From: a virus
Lineage: Duplodnaviria; Caudoviricetes
Length of the DNA: 64,000 nt
IMG/VR virus record: IMGVR_UViG_2524614847_000002
Location: 4,318 to 68,317 of that record
Strand: one strand, 5' to 3'
In this document: one piece after another, positions 47,596 to 58,121 of the stretch
Position numbering within the stretch: position 1 is the first letter of the stretch
Layout: each line of letters begins with the position of its first letter
Translations under genes and position numbers: made by a program
The notes under the pieces: model-generated
What the model was told of the DNA's origin: nothing
Database searches by the model: none
Seen by the model: the letters and a program-made list of their open reading frames with translations, nothing else

Positions 47596-49269
47596 ATGAT
47601 AGAGTATACGTTAGAAGAGCTGATTTCTTTCAATATGTCTCTGGCATATGAATTTAACCCGGATAGCTTAGAACCTGAATTTGAAAATGTTAATGATGCG
47701 ATTAATAAGACTAAAAGGTTTTTCTTGGATAATCCAATATTTGTAAAAACTTATGATCAAAGTATAAATGGATTTAATCTCGAAAAGGATATTGATGACT
47801 TGATACCATTAGCAATGATGTATGTCTACTATTTTGGGTTGGATTATATTTTGAGGAAGAATGGTAAAATTCATAATTTGAATACAGCTTATCTAAGAGA
47901 ATGTATTTCATCTGATAAATTAAAAGCGTATTTAACAATAGATGAAAATAAACCAGCCACCAAAGAGATGATAGATAGTGAGATCAGTTTAAAGCTTAGT
48001 GAATTTTACGATTATATGAGGAAACAAAAACCTCGGTTTTTTAATGCTGTATGTAGGATACAAGATACTAAACACGTAAATCCATACTTTGAGCAGGAGG
48101 AAAAGGATTTTTTTGGTCAGATACCAAAATATTTTAGAAAGATTTTTAATATAGAGTATTCTGAAAATGCTAAAAATAATCTAGATCAAATAAAAGCTAT
48201 GGATCTTTTACCAGCTATATCTCTAGGGGCAATAAGTATTTCTGATCTTTTACCTACATCAAGTAAGACAAAATCTGGTTCATTGAATTTTAGTAGATTA
48301 GAAAAAATAGATAAGGTTTTGAAGAATCGGATTGAAATTTCCCGAGATGTAGATGGATCAAAATGTACAAAATTATTATATGAACTAGCGGTCGAAGATT
48401 TATTTTTTATGAATAGATTAAATAATGCCATTATTAGATATCTGGATTTTAACTTAGAATATAAATATAGAAATCATACAAAGTATCAAGAAGAAAAGAT
48501 ATTGAGAGGTATTTTTGCGCCATACTTGTTTTTACCATCATATGGACAGCAGGAAAAATACTCTGGAATTATTTATGAAGCAGCTGATATGCTATCCAAA
48601 GGTGGGGTTAAATTAAGGGAGATTTTTAATAAGGTCCTACCTGCCTTATTTAGCGGCAATATTCTATTTCCTCAGATACTGGTGGTTTTGAGTAATTATC
48701 TATTTTCGGACAATAGTAATCATATTATATCTGAAGAATGTATGAAAGATAGAATCAATTTAATAGAAGCGTATATTTGTGATAATGAGGAAGAAATTTC
48801 AACTCATATATATGATAATAAACCTAGACTTTGGAATGCAGAGGAGGGAGATAAGTATATTGAAATAAAGACAGATAATAAAGGTCTAAAAAAGGGTAAT
48901 AAATATGATAATAAATTGGAAACTCGTTATAGTTTTCAAAAAGAGATAAGGCATAAATTCACAAAGCTAAATATCGAAAGGATATCCAGGCTTTTAATAG
49001 AACCTGAATTTCGTTGGAAGTCCACTAGTATAATAGAACGGAATATGGGACTGCGTGGGTATTTTGAAAAGATGAATATAAATTGGCATAATAACTACGC
49101 ATTTCCACGATATAGAAATGGTACTTTAGAAGTCGATATGATTGTGACTACAGATTATTTTATGTTTTTAACATTAGTGCAGTTTGAGTATGCCGTAGAA
49201 ATGAATGTTCAATTACGTTATTTACCAACTCAGATTGGACAATTATTAATTAAAGTGCCGATGTTTTAA
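47596..49269 (+). CDS. Hypothetical protein
   Basis: 557-aa ORF with AAGGAGG RBS; low GC. Confidence 0.7.
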   Translation: MIEYTLEELISFNMSLAYEFNPDSLEPEFENVNDAINKTKRFFLDNPIFVKTYDQSINGFNLEKDIDDLIPLAMMYVYYFGLDYILRKNGKIHNLNTAYLRECISSDKLKAYLTIDENKPATKEMIDSEISLKLSEFYDYMRKQKPRFFNAVCRIQDTKHVNPYFEQEEKDFFGQIPKYFRKIFNIEYSENAKNNLDQIKAMDLLPAISLGAISISDLLPTSSKTKSGSLNFSRLEKIDKVLKNRIEISRDVDGSKCTKLLYELAVEDLFFMNRLNNAIIRYLDFNLEYKYRNHTKYQEEKILRGIFAPYLFLPSYGQQEKYSGIIYEAADMLSKGGVKLREIFNKVLPALFSGNILFPQILVVLSNYLFSDNSNHIISEECMKDRINLIEAYICDNEEEISTHIYDNKPRLWNAEEGDKYIEIKTDNKGLKKGNKYDNKLETRYSFQKEIRHKFTKLNIERISRLLIEPEFRWKSTSIIERNMGLRGYFEKMNINWHNNYAFPRYRNGTLEVDMIVTTDYFMFLTLVQFEYAVEMNVQLRYLPTQIGQLLIKVPMF

Positions 49270-49404
49270 AAAGATACATATAATTTTTTTGTATGGAACG
49301 ATTGAAAATGTTGGAATTATGGGCATTGTCATACATATAATATCTATTTATAATTGTTGTTTTTTTAAAACGTCCGCGATGGAAAGGTATAATAGCAGAT
49401 AGTA

Positions 49405-49435
49405 AAAGCTCGGAAGAAATTTTTCCGAGCTTTCT
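49405..49435. terminator. Hairpin terminator
   Basis: AAAGCTCGGAA-GAAATTT-TTCCGAGCTTT. Confidence 0.55.
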
Positions 49436-49634
49436 TTAGATACAATATATGAAGAAGTTAAAATAATTTTTTATAGACTTAACTACAATATAATAAAAAA
49501 TTTAATACGTATAGATGGAGGAAAATAAAATATGCACATAGTTTCCCATAGTATTAATTAATACAATTAATTATATAGAGCATTATTAAGTAACTAATAT
49601 AAATTAAATTTTAGATGATAGAGAGAAGATTCAA

Positions 49635-49937
49635 ATGAATAATAAACCAAGTGATATAAAAAAAAGTGAAACATTAAATATTAATTTAAGTAAAAGATCT
49701 AAAGAGTATATTACAAAAAAGGCAATTTCAAAAAAATGTTCCAGGAGTGATCTGCTTGTAGATTGTGTTTATAGTGCCCATGAAAGACGAACAAAGCGTG
49801 ACAAAGATAATATTAAAAATGCAGTAATAAAGCAAAATCTAATTAATATAATACATAAAAAATGCAGCATAAATGATACCTATATGGAATATCTGGAGGA
49901 GTTAATGCATATGGAGGAACTGTCATGGCGGCGATAG
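49635..49937 (+). CDS. MobC-like ribbon-helix-helix protein
   Basis: LNINLSKRSKEYITKKAISKKCSRSDLL; overlaps the relaxase start. Confidence 0.6.
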   Translation: MNNKPSDIKKSETLNINLSKRSKEYITKKAISKKCSRSDLLVDCVYSAHERRTKRDKDNIKNAVIKQNLINIIHKKCSINDTYMEYLEELMHMEELSWRR

Positions 49938-50512
49938 TTAAAATGCGAAAAGGCGATTATACTAATAGACAAGCAGTGGAAAACGTTATTCATTATATTA
50001 CAAGAACCCGTGCCTGTGATACTGATAATCAGGCATATGTCTTTGGCGGGCTCGGTGTGGATGTACATGATCCTGATATGATGTGCTTGCAATTTAGACA
50101 GGTCCAATCAATTTATCAAAAAGAGAACTATGGTGTAAGAGTTATGCATGAAGTTATTACTTTTCTCCCTCATGAAATTATAGATATAAATGGGATAAAC
50201 CGGATCAAAGAAATCGCCTATAAATTTGCTTCTATTTATTATCTCAGCGGATTTCAGGTAGTGTATGCAGTACATCTTGATTCTAAGCATACTCATATTC
50301 ATTACGCAGTTAATGCCACAAATTTTATGGATGGATATAAATTTAATTATAAATTACCAGAGTTAGAGCACAGGAGAGAATACTTAAACCGAGTAATGCA
50401 GGAGTGTCTTGGGCGGATTCCAGCTTTGCTGTGGATAGATGATATAGGATGGACACCTCAATATTATAATGAGTTAAGTGAAAGCTGTGAGCATTCTGGT
50501 TTTTTAATCTAA
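49925..50512 (+). CDS. Relaxase/mobilisation nuclease domain protein (short)
   Basis: HYITR motif I; HEVITF; AVHLDSKHTHIHYAVN HUH motif. Confidence 0.8.
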   Translation: MAAIVKMRKGDYTNRQAVENVIHYITRTRACDTDNQAYVFGGLGVDVHDPDMMCLQFRQVQSIYQKENYGVRVMHEVITFLPHEIIDINGINRIKEIAYKFASIYYLSGFQVVYAVHLDSKHTHIHYAVNATNFMDGYKFNYKLPELEHRREYLNRVMQECLGRIPALLWIDDIGWTPQYYNELSESCEHSGFLI

Positions 50513-51039
50513 AATGATTTCATATATGAATTTACGACGAGTATTGATTAATTTATTGAAATGAAGTATAATAAACAGAAATTAACAATTAACAAGTCGA
50601 TTTTAAACAAGATATTTAACTATAAGGAGGAAGATAAGATGAAGGTTTACTCTTGTGATGACGGTGATACATTAGGAATTTTGTATCCAATTGAGGAAGA
50701 GGATAAGAAAGAAGATAAGGGAAATAAATAGTATCTTAAAAATGGTCAAAATATATAAAGGTATGATCTCTAAAGGGAGCGAACCAATTGTGCTGTTTGC
50801 TCTCTTTTATTTGGAAACGATTCTTAATCCTGCATAAATAAAAGACTCATCAAACCATGAAATTTAGGAACGAGATTGTGAAACACTGGAACTTTTGATA
50901 AACTTACAGAATCAGCCCTCAATAGGGTAATATTTGTATAAAATCATAATAGGAGGCTGAACTAATGATGGGAAAAAATAGTTAAGTGTATAAAAGAAGA
51001 TTTAATGAAGAAGTTACTGAAATCTTGCTTATCTTGATT

Positions 51040-51249
51040 AATATCCCGGACTATTTATAAAAGTAATCTAATTAAGAATAGTTTTATTCAGGGCGTCCGG
51101 CAATGCACCGGCTAGTATGAAGTAAAAGTAGAGCCCTAACTACATATGCATTAGATCCTGAAGAGAATGGTGAAAACCATTCTTTTTTCTTTCAGAAGAT
51201 ATGCAGTGATCCATAATTAAGTTGCTTTGAAATAATTATTTTCAACAAG
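51040..51249 (+). mobile_element. Possible orphan IS110-family left end (no transposase)
   Basis: Non-coding stretch GGCGTCCGGCAATGCACCGGCTAGTATGAAGTAAAAGTAGAGCCCTAAC...TTTTCAACAAG; resembles, from recollection only, the 5' region of clostridial IS110 elements. Confidence 0.45.
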
Positions 51250-51411
51250 TTTAAATCTAGACACTGTCATTTTAGGTTTGCTATAGGGCGTGCTAACATA
51301 GAGGCTTGAATAAAATATTTAAAGGGATTGCCACAAAATCAATAGCTTAACTTTAATTTTTGACATCCCCTTTAGTGAGTAAAGAATAGTCTCCAAACTT
51401 TTTATGCCAAC

Positions 51412-51747
51412 TCAAAGGTGGTCAGCAACAAGAGCAAGAGCCTTGATAGTTTTTATATATTTTTCATATTGAGCAGCGCCGCATTTTTTTGCTTCATTTA
51501 AAATATTAAGAAGCACTTCATCAGAGTTTAAAGTATTATCACTCAGAAGATAGTCGGCGCTAGTAGAAAACGCATTACAAATAGAAGAAAAGGTCTCTAA
51601 GGACATGATTTTTATTCCACGTTCAATATTGCTATAAAAAGAAGGTGATATTCCGCAACGTTCCGCAGCAGCTTCTTGAGAAAGTCCCAAATCTTCTCTG
51701 CATTTTCTGATTTTTTTACCTATTTCACAATAATCGAGTTCTTTCAA
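51412..51747 (-). CDS. XRE-family HTH regulator
   Basis: IGKKIRKCREDLGLSQEAAAERCGISPSFYSNIERG; GGAGG RBS before TTG. Confidence 0.85.
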   Translation of the reverse strand: MKELDYCEIGKKIRKCREDLGLSQEAAAERCGISPSFYSNIERGIKIMSLETFSSICNAFSTSADYLLSDNTLNSDEVLLNILNEAKKCGAAQYEKYIKTIKALALVADHL

Positions 51748-51881
51748 GAGCCACCTCCATTGAATTTATTTTTATTGTACAAAGAGGCAAAGAAAAAAAC
51801 GATATTCTAAAAGAATGAATATTGCCCATAAGAATTAAATAAAGTATAATATATAAAATACAACAAAGGAGTAAAAGAAAT

Positions 51882-52187
51882 ATGAAGTGGGTTGATGAGA
51901 CAAAGGTTGTTTATAATGAAAAAGATTTAAGAGATGCAATAAAGGAAGGGTATGCAGAGATAAGGGTAACGGGTGTTTATGCACAAAAAGCATATGAAAA
52001 ATTTAGTAAGGATTCTAAAATACAAACGTTGTCAAAGTTTGCTTTAGTTGGGGGCATGTTTTTTTGGCCATTATTTATTGCTGGATTAGCCGGTGGGGCA
52101 ATGACTGTAGATTTTTCAAGATACACTATGATATCAATAACCAGTTCTGAAGTAGTGCTGGAACTCATAAAAAAATATAAAAAATAA
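51882..52187 (+). CDS. Small membrane protein
   Basis: Hydrophobic Gly-rich segment; paralogue of 55004..55375. Confidence 0.65.
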   Translation: MKWVDETKVVYNEKDLRDAIKEGYAEIRVTGVYAQKAYEKFSKDSKIQTLSKFALVGGMFFWPLFIAGLAGGAMTVDFSRYTMISITSSEVVLELIKKYKK

Positions 52188-52554
52188 AACAAAATTTAGA
52201 AGATAAGGCTTTTAATAGTCAAAAATTATAATTAAACTTCAAAACGAATAACTGGAAATGGAGATACCTCAAGCATAATGCACCTAGGGTGTTTTTATGT
52301 TGCTATGCTATAGGAAGAAATTAATAAGTAAAATGATTAACTGTCTAAAAGATATAAAGTTGTATAAATAATTCTATTGTATAGCATTATCCATGGCACA
52401 TAGATCCTATAGCCATAGATATTTTCAGGAGTGTACTATAATCTATTCGGATATTTATAAAAAGTTTATAAAAATAATTATATATTATAGCAGTGATGAT
52501 AAAGAAGAATATAATTAATCATCTAAAGTTAACGCACAAAAAGGAGAAAGAAAA

Positions 52555-53745
52555 GTGGAAGAAGAAAGAAAAGAAGTAAATGGAAAAATAGAAACTGAAA
52601 GTAATAAGAATGCTAAAGCAGCCAAAAAGAAGCAGTCGGAAAAGAAAAGCTTGGGGCAGAAGATCTTAGAGATTGATGAAGAGGAATTTGGTGAGAAAGT
52701 TGAAGTTAAGCTAAATGGTTTTGCAGATTTTATTCAAAAAATATTAAAATTCGATATACGTACTCCAGAGGGCAGAAAGAAAGGAAAAGAACGGTTGGGG
52801 ATACTTGGAAGTGCAATCGCCACAATTCTTCTCGGTATGCTTTTAAGTGGGAATTTTTCAAATGCAGGCAAAGAATATATGCAGATGGTGAAAACTGGTA
52901 CTCCGAATGGATATGAAAAAATATCCTATGAAGATGCATTTGGTATGGCATTTAAGGACATGAAATGGGAATATATTGGTGAGAATGATAATAACCCAAT
53001 TGTTCAGTTTAATGGGGATTTAAAGAGTGCCGAAAGGATAACTGTATGTATTCAGTTTGCTATCAATGTTGATACAAATACTTTCTCTATGGTTTACATG
53101 GATATTAATGGTCAGCCAACAACGCTTCTTGAAATGAGCAATGAAGTAAACGATATACTAAATTATGCATATCGGCAAAAAGGATATGCAACACAGCAAT
53201 CTTACAACAGTAATGGTGGTGAAATTGAAGAGCTCTATGATCAGATTTTCAGTGGTGTGGAAGATGCTATGGTGGATTCATATGTAAATGCAGCTAACAA
53301 TAATAACCAGCAGGTAAAAGTACCAGAAACTATTACTCAGACTGAACCTAATACCATAGAATATGTTCCAAATGGTACTTATACAGATGCATATAATTTT
53401 GCTGCATTTGATGAAACCTATCAATCTGCATGGTATTCATATGATGCTGACTGCTTCATGAGTGCATATGTGAATGAGGGGGAACCAATCATTGAATTTT
53501 CGAATAGCGTTACAGATGATCATTCTACGGTGATTTATTACGCATTGCCAATAAGTATACAATTAAAAGATAATGGTGGTTTTGAATACTTAGGAGAAGT
53601 ACATGAAGCAAATAGCAACGATTTTGTCGGAGATATTCATGTTGTTTGGGAATCTGGGATGGACTATAACAAGCCTTATGTGGAGATAAAAGATGGTAAT
53701 GAAAATTTTCGCCATTCCATTGCTGGTGTCTATGAGATTCAGTAA
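52555..53745 (+). CDS. Single-pass membrane protein with a large extracellular domain
   Basis: Charged N-terminus, TM helix ILGSAIATILLGMLL, acidic C-terminus. Confidence 0.7.
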   Translation: MEEERKEVNGKIETESNKNAKAAKKKQSEKKSLGQKILEIDEEEFGEKVEVKLNGFADFIQKILKFDIRTPEGRKKGKERLGILGSAIATILLGMLLSGNFSNAGKEYMQMVKTGTPNGYEKISYEDAFGMAFKDMKWEYIGENDNNPIVQFNGDLKSAERITVCIQFAINVDTNTFSMVYMDINGQPTTLLEMSNEVNDILNYAYRQKGYATQQSYNSNGGEIEELYDQIFSGVEDAMVDSYVNAANNNNQQVKVPETITQTEPNTIEYVPNGTYTDAYNFAAFDETYQSAWYSYDADCFMSAYVNEGEPIIEFSNSVTDDHSTVIYYALPISIQLKDNGGFEYLGEVHEANSNDFVGDIHVVWESGMDYNKPYVEIKDGNENFRHSIAGVYEIQ

Positions 53746-53816
53746 GAGATTAAAAAAGACATTTTTCAATTAGATATTATAACCATGAGAATTGCACATT
53801 TCAGGAGGTAAACTTC

Positions 53817-53891
53817 ATGTACAAAGAAATTCTCTCAGCAATCCTAAAGGTTATTGTATCGATTATTGACAGTCTAATTCAAGATGAATGA
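53817..53891 (+). CDS. 24-aa amphipathic peptide
   Basis: AGGAGG RBS; MYKEILSAILKVIVSIIDSLIQDE*; followed by a terminator. Confidence 0.5.
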   Translation: MYKEILSAILKVIVSIIDSLIQDE

Positions 53892-53902
53892 CCAGTAGGA
53901 AA

Positions 53903-53936
53903 GACCCCTCAGGCACAAAAAGCCTGGGGGTTTTTT
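53903..53936 (+). terminator. Rho-independent terminator
   Basis: CCCCTCAGGC-ACAAAAA-GCCTGGGGG-TTTTTT. Confidence 0.7.
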
Positions 53937-53994
53937 ACGTTCCTAAGCCATAGGGAACAGGAAATAATTAATTTATCATAAGGAGGAATGAATA

Positions 53995-54927
53995 ATGGCA
54001 GCAGAAGTAGAAAACATGTTTTACACAAGAGAGAAGCCCTGGCACGGGCTTGGAACAATGGTACAGGAAGCGCCGACATCAGCAGATGCTCTGATATTAG
54101 CAGGGCTAGACTGGAACGTCATCCAGACGCCAATACAAACGGTAGAAGGGTATCCTATTCCGGGATTCCGGGCCAATATCCGAGATTTCGATAATAAGAT
54201 TCTTGGCGTAGTGACAAGCCGTTATAAGGTGGTTCAGAACCGTGATGCATTTGCTTTCACAGATGAATTATTAGGCGAAGGAGTCACATATGAAACGGCT
54301 GGGAGTCTGCAGGAGGGACGGCGCACCTGGATGCTGGCAAAACTGCCACACAGATATATCATTTCTGGCGATGAGATTATATCATATCTTGTTTTAATGA
54401 ACAGTCATGACGGGTCTGGCTCCATAAAAGCTGCAATGACACCAATCCGTGTTGTCTGCAATAATACGTTAAATCTTGCTTTATCTACGGCAAAGCGTTT
54501 CTGGTCTACAAACCATACGGGTGACATTGGTGGTAAGTTGGAGGAGGCCAGGTATACATTACTCTATGCAGATAAATATATGGGAGAACTGGGCAAGGCA
54601 ATTGATCAACTGCAGAAGGTAAAGCTTTCAGATCGTCAGGTGTATGAATGCATTGATTCCCTATTCCCATTGTTTGACAATCCTACGGAACAGCAAAAAA
54701 AGAATCTGTTACGGCTAAAGGAAGATCTAAAACAGAGATATTTTGACGCACCGGATTTAAGTCATATAGGTAAGAATGGATATCGTTTTATTAATGCTGT
54801 ATCTGATTTTGCCACCCATTCTAAACCTTTGAGGGAAAGTGCAAATTATAAGGAAAGCCTGTTTGCACGTACAGTTGATGGAAATGCCATGATTGATAGA
54901 GCGTATGATTTGGTGAAGAGTGCTTAG
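53995..54927 (+). CDS. DUF932 (TIGR03299-type phage/plasmid) protein
   Basis: REKPWHGLG; NSHDGSG; TPIRVVCNNTL. Confidence 0.88.
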   Translation: MAAEVENMFYTREKPWHGLGTMVQEAPTSADALILAGLDWNVIQTPIQTVEGYPIPGFRANIRDFDNKILGVVTSRYKVVQNRDAFAFTDELLGEGVTYETAGSLQEGRRTWMLAKLPHRYIISGDEIISYLVLMNSHDGSGSIKAAMTPIRVVCNNTLNLALSTAKRFWSTNHTGDIGGKLEEARYTLLYADKYMGELGKAIDQLQKVKLSDRQVYECIDSLFPLFDNPTEQQKKNLLRLKEDLKQRYFDAPDLSHIGKNGYRFINAVSDFATHSKPLRESANYKESLFARTVDGNAMIDRAYDLVKSA

Positions 54928-55003
54928 TAATAGGAGAAGTGGGAGCATTTGTGACAGGGATCTGTGACAGAGAGCTCCTGATTTTTATATCAGGAGGAAT
55001 GGA

Positions 55004-55375
55004 ATGGTTGTAGAGAATGAACAGGATTTAGGTAAGGCGATTGATAATCAGGAAGATACCATAAAAGTGAAGGGAAAGTTAGCACCAAGAATTAAAAGGA
55101 TCTGGTATATGGATCGGCTGCTCTGGTGCTTATGCCTTACCTGTCTGGCAGTTGCAATAGCAGCGATACTTGCAGTACCTACTACATGTGGGATATCAAC
55201 AGCACTTACAATGATGGCTGGAACACCAGCTGCTGTTTTTATGGGGACACCCGCAGCTGCTACTGCGGTACTTACAGCGGCAGCAGGAAGTGGTATTGCA
55301 ACTTTGAAGCGTCTTCGTTATGGATATAAGCTAGAGACTATAAACAATGAGTATGTGGTATTGCGCAGAAGGTAA
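55004..55375 (+). CDS. Small Ala/Gly-rich membrane protein
   Basis: GGAGG RBS; long hydrophobic stretch. Confidence 0.65.
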   Translation: MVVENEQDLGKAIDNQEDTIKVKGKLAPRIKRIWYMDRLLWCLCLTCLAVAIAAILAVPTTCGISTALTMMAGTPAAVFMGTPAAATAVLTAAAGSGIATLKRLRYGYKLETINNEYVVLRRR

Positions 55376-55444
55376 TAGAGTCCGGTTACATATAGTGAAG
55401 GGAATATCTAAACCATATAGCTGAAAATTAAGGAGGGAAATTAA

Positions 55445-55960
55445 ATGGTTAAAAAAAATCAGGATGAAGTTCTAAGAGAAGTAATGAAACGCCCGGTTCT
55501 CAAAAAGAGGGTAGGAATCATCCGCCTTCAGATGGTAAGAGAGAGCCGATCGTTGTATGGAATGAAACGTTTTTCAGAGCCTAATGTAGAAACGGTAATG
55601 CCTTTGCTTGAAATAGCAGACAGGGAGATAGTTCTTGTTATGTCACTTAATACTAAGTTGGAACCTCTGGCAGTGGAGATTGTGGCAGTGGGAGCTTTAA
55701 ATTTCTGTTACGTTGATGGTCGTGATATCTTCAAACATGCGGTTCTTAGCAATGCAGCATTTATTACCTGTTTTCACAATCACGCTTCTGGTACACCGGA
55801 ACCAAGTGTTCAGGATAAGCAAATAACGCGCCGACTGGAGAAGGCGGGAGGAATTTTGGGAATCCCATTAATTGATCATATTATTATTGGAGAATATGGA
55901 TTTTATAGCTTTCGGGAACATGGGTATATTCAATCAATAATTCCAACTGATGTTGCATGA
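55445..55960 (+). CDS. radC: RadC-like JAB-domain protein
   Basis: HNHASG...PS..D...LIDHIIIG. Confidence 0.85.
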   Translation: MVKKNQDEVLREVMKRPVLKKRVGIIRLQMVRESRSLYGMKRFSEPNVETVMPLLEIADREIVLVMSLNTKLEPLAVEIVAVGALNFCYVDGRDIFKHAVLSNAAFITCFHNHASGTPEPSVQDKQITRRLEKAGGILGIPLIDHIIIGEYGFYSFREHGYIQSIIPTDVA

Positions 55961-56207
55961 ATACGTTATGGATATTAAAAACCAGGATTGGCCCAATTTA
56001 AAAATGTGTAGGGATTACCCAATTTTGCAAAAATCATTTACGATAAAGGAACTGGATCTATATGAAAGGCAATTAAAAGAATATCTTGATATGGAAGAAA
56101 TTTCGGATACCTATTTATCTGATGTCCCACGGATTGTATGCTGGTATGAAGGGCTTATCAATACGGAAATGTTACTAGTGGAAGTGAAAGAATGTGTATA
56201 TTCCTAA
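55950..56207 (+). CDS. Hypothetical protein
   Basis: ORF overlapping the radC end. Confidence 0.4.
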   Translation: MLHEYVMDIKNQDWPNLKMCRDYPILQKSFTIKELDLYERQLKEYLDMEEISDTYLSDVPRIVCWYEGLINTEMLLVEVKECVYS

Positions 56208-56389
56208 AGTAAATCTATTATCCCGGACCCAAATGTGCGGTAACAGATTATCTCCCTGAGATTTTAATAAGATACAAATATGTTGTTGTGTACTATGGAA
56301 ATAGTTGTTAGGAGATAGATATATTTTAAAAATAGGTATTGAGCTTTAAGTAAGACAGGATAAATTATATATAAAGAAAGGCTGGATTT

Positions 56390-56596
56390 ATGAAAAAGTT
56401 AATATCAACAAAAGGCTTATCTCATGAAGATTGGCTGAAATACAGAAAACAAGGAATCGGTGGGTCTGATGCAGGTGCAATCTGCGGTCTTAATCCCTAT
56501 GTCAGCCCTATGAGTGCTTTCTATGAAAAAACAAGCTCAGAAGTAGAAGGTTATAATAATGAATCTATGAGACAGGGGCTTCTAAAGGCGATTTGA
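56390..56596 (+). pseudogene. Truncated YqaJ-type exonuclease
   Basis: DWLKYRKQGIGGSDAGAICGLNPY, then a stop at 68 aa. Confidence 0.8.
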
Positions 56597-56733
56597 CGAT
56601 TTCTAAAGCACAAGGTAATTAAGATATAAAGAAATAGCTGAAAATAAAGATTAATTTTGTATGGGAGCATATTCAGATGTATGCTTCTTTTTATTTGTGT
56701 AAAATACAAGTGAATTTATTGGAGGAAGAACAA

Positions 56734-57660
56734 ATGAATTATATTCAGTTTATAGAGGAAGTCAGAGTTGCAGTGCAGGAAAAGTTAGGGAGCGATTATG
56801 AAATCCGGATTCAGAAAATCACAAAAAATAATGGTGTCGTTCTGGATGGGCTGATTATTGGCAGAGTGAACAAAAATGTTGCGCCCACAATTTACTTAAA
56901 CTCATACTATATGCATTTTACCCATGGTATGTCACTACAGGAAATTCTGGACGATATTGTTTCCCAATATAAGGAAAGTGCAGGCGTGACCTTTGGTAAT
57001 ATGGAAGAATTATTGGACTTTAATAATCTAAAAGATAAGGTGGTTTTTAAGCTGATTCAGAGGGAAAAGAATAAAGAGCTTTTAAAAGATATTCCATATT
57101 TTGAATTTCTGGACTTGGCAGTGGTGTTCTATCTGATTTTAGATGAACATAAAGGAGGGCATATGACGGCTTTGATTCATAACTCTTATATGAAACCGTG
57201 GGGAGTGGACAAAGAGGAACTGTATCGCCTTGCAGAGAGGAACACTCCCATTTTACTGCCGCCTGAAATTAAAACGATGAAAGAGATTATGTGTGATATT
57301 TTAAAGGGTCATTTAGAGGAATTGGAAATGGAGGAGATAGTAAATGATTTGTTGGATTTTGATTCGCAGAAGCCGTATTTGTATGTGCTTTCGAACAGAA
57401 AACAGATTAATGGTGCTGGGTGTATTTTATATGATGGGTGTTTAAAGGATTTTGCTGATTCTCAGAATTCAGATATTGTTATATTGCCTTCCAGTACGCA
57501 TGAAGTTATATTGGTTCCTGATAATGGGAAGTTGGATTATGGGGAGCTGCAGATTACGGTTGGTGAGATAAATGAAAGTGAAGTTCCAAAAGAGGAGGTT
57601 CTTTCTGATAGACTTTATAGATATTCGCGTAAAAATGGTGAAATTTACGTGGTGGAATAA
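56734..57660 (+). CDS. DUF5688-family protein
   Basis: KNNGVVLDGL; PTIYL; ILPSSTHEVILVP; LSDRLYRY. Confidence 0.8.
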   Translation: MNYIQFIEEVRVAVQEKLGSDYEIRIQKITKNNGVVLDGLIIGRVNKNVAPTIYLNSYYMHFTHGMSLQEILDDIVSQYKESAGVTFGNMEELLDFNNLKDKVVFKLIQREKNKELLKDIPYFEFLDLAVVFYLILDEHKGGHMTALIHNSYMKPWGVDKEELYRLAERNTPILLPPEIKTMKEIMCDILKGHLEELEMEEIVNDLLDFDSQKPYLYVLSNRKQINGAGCILYDGCLKDFADSQNSDIVILPSSTHEVILVPDNGKLDYGELQITVGEINESEVPKEEVLSDRLYRYSRKNGEIYVVE

Positions 57661-57905
57661 GAATAATGTCTTGATAAAAAAATATGCCCCTGTGAATTGT
57701 TTCATAGGGGCGTGTAGTAGGAAAAAAACAGAGAAGAATTAATCATGGCTAAAGGTGGAATTTAGCTTTCCTCAATTGATTACGGTAAAATCAAAGAATT
57801 TCAGGGAAGAATTAATATTATTTTGCAATGTATGAAGATTAAGTATGAAATTATAGATGAAGTCCATATTGTGATAAAAATATGGCTTAAAATAGGAAGA
57901 ACAAA

Positions 57906-58121
57906 ATGATAAATAATAAAGATAAGGTTATAGAATTGCGCAAAATATATGTAAGTGGGACCAGAGTAGAATTAGTTAAGATGGATGATATACAGGCCCC
58001 GCCAATAGGAATGCAAGGTACAGTTATTGGTGTAGATGACTCTGGATCAATAGTGGTAAGTTGGGATAATGGAAGTAGTTTATCAGTCGTATATCAGGAG
58101 GATATTTGTAAAATATTATAA
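57906..58121 (+). CDS. DUF4314-family protein
   Basis: GTRVELVKMDD...GTVIGVDDSG...WDNGSSL. Confidence 0.85.
   Translation: MINNKDKVIELRKIYVSGTRVELVKMDDIQAPPIGMQGTVIGVDDSGSIVVSWDNGSSLSVVYQEDICKIL

Noticed and set aside
50908-50962. IS end or ncRNA (CAGCCCTC...GGAGGCTG hairpin); also the 51321-51373 inverted repeat
   Set aside because: No transposase or partner end is identifiable; too weak to call.
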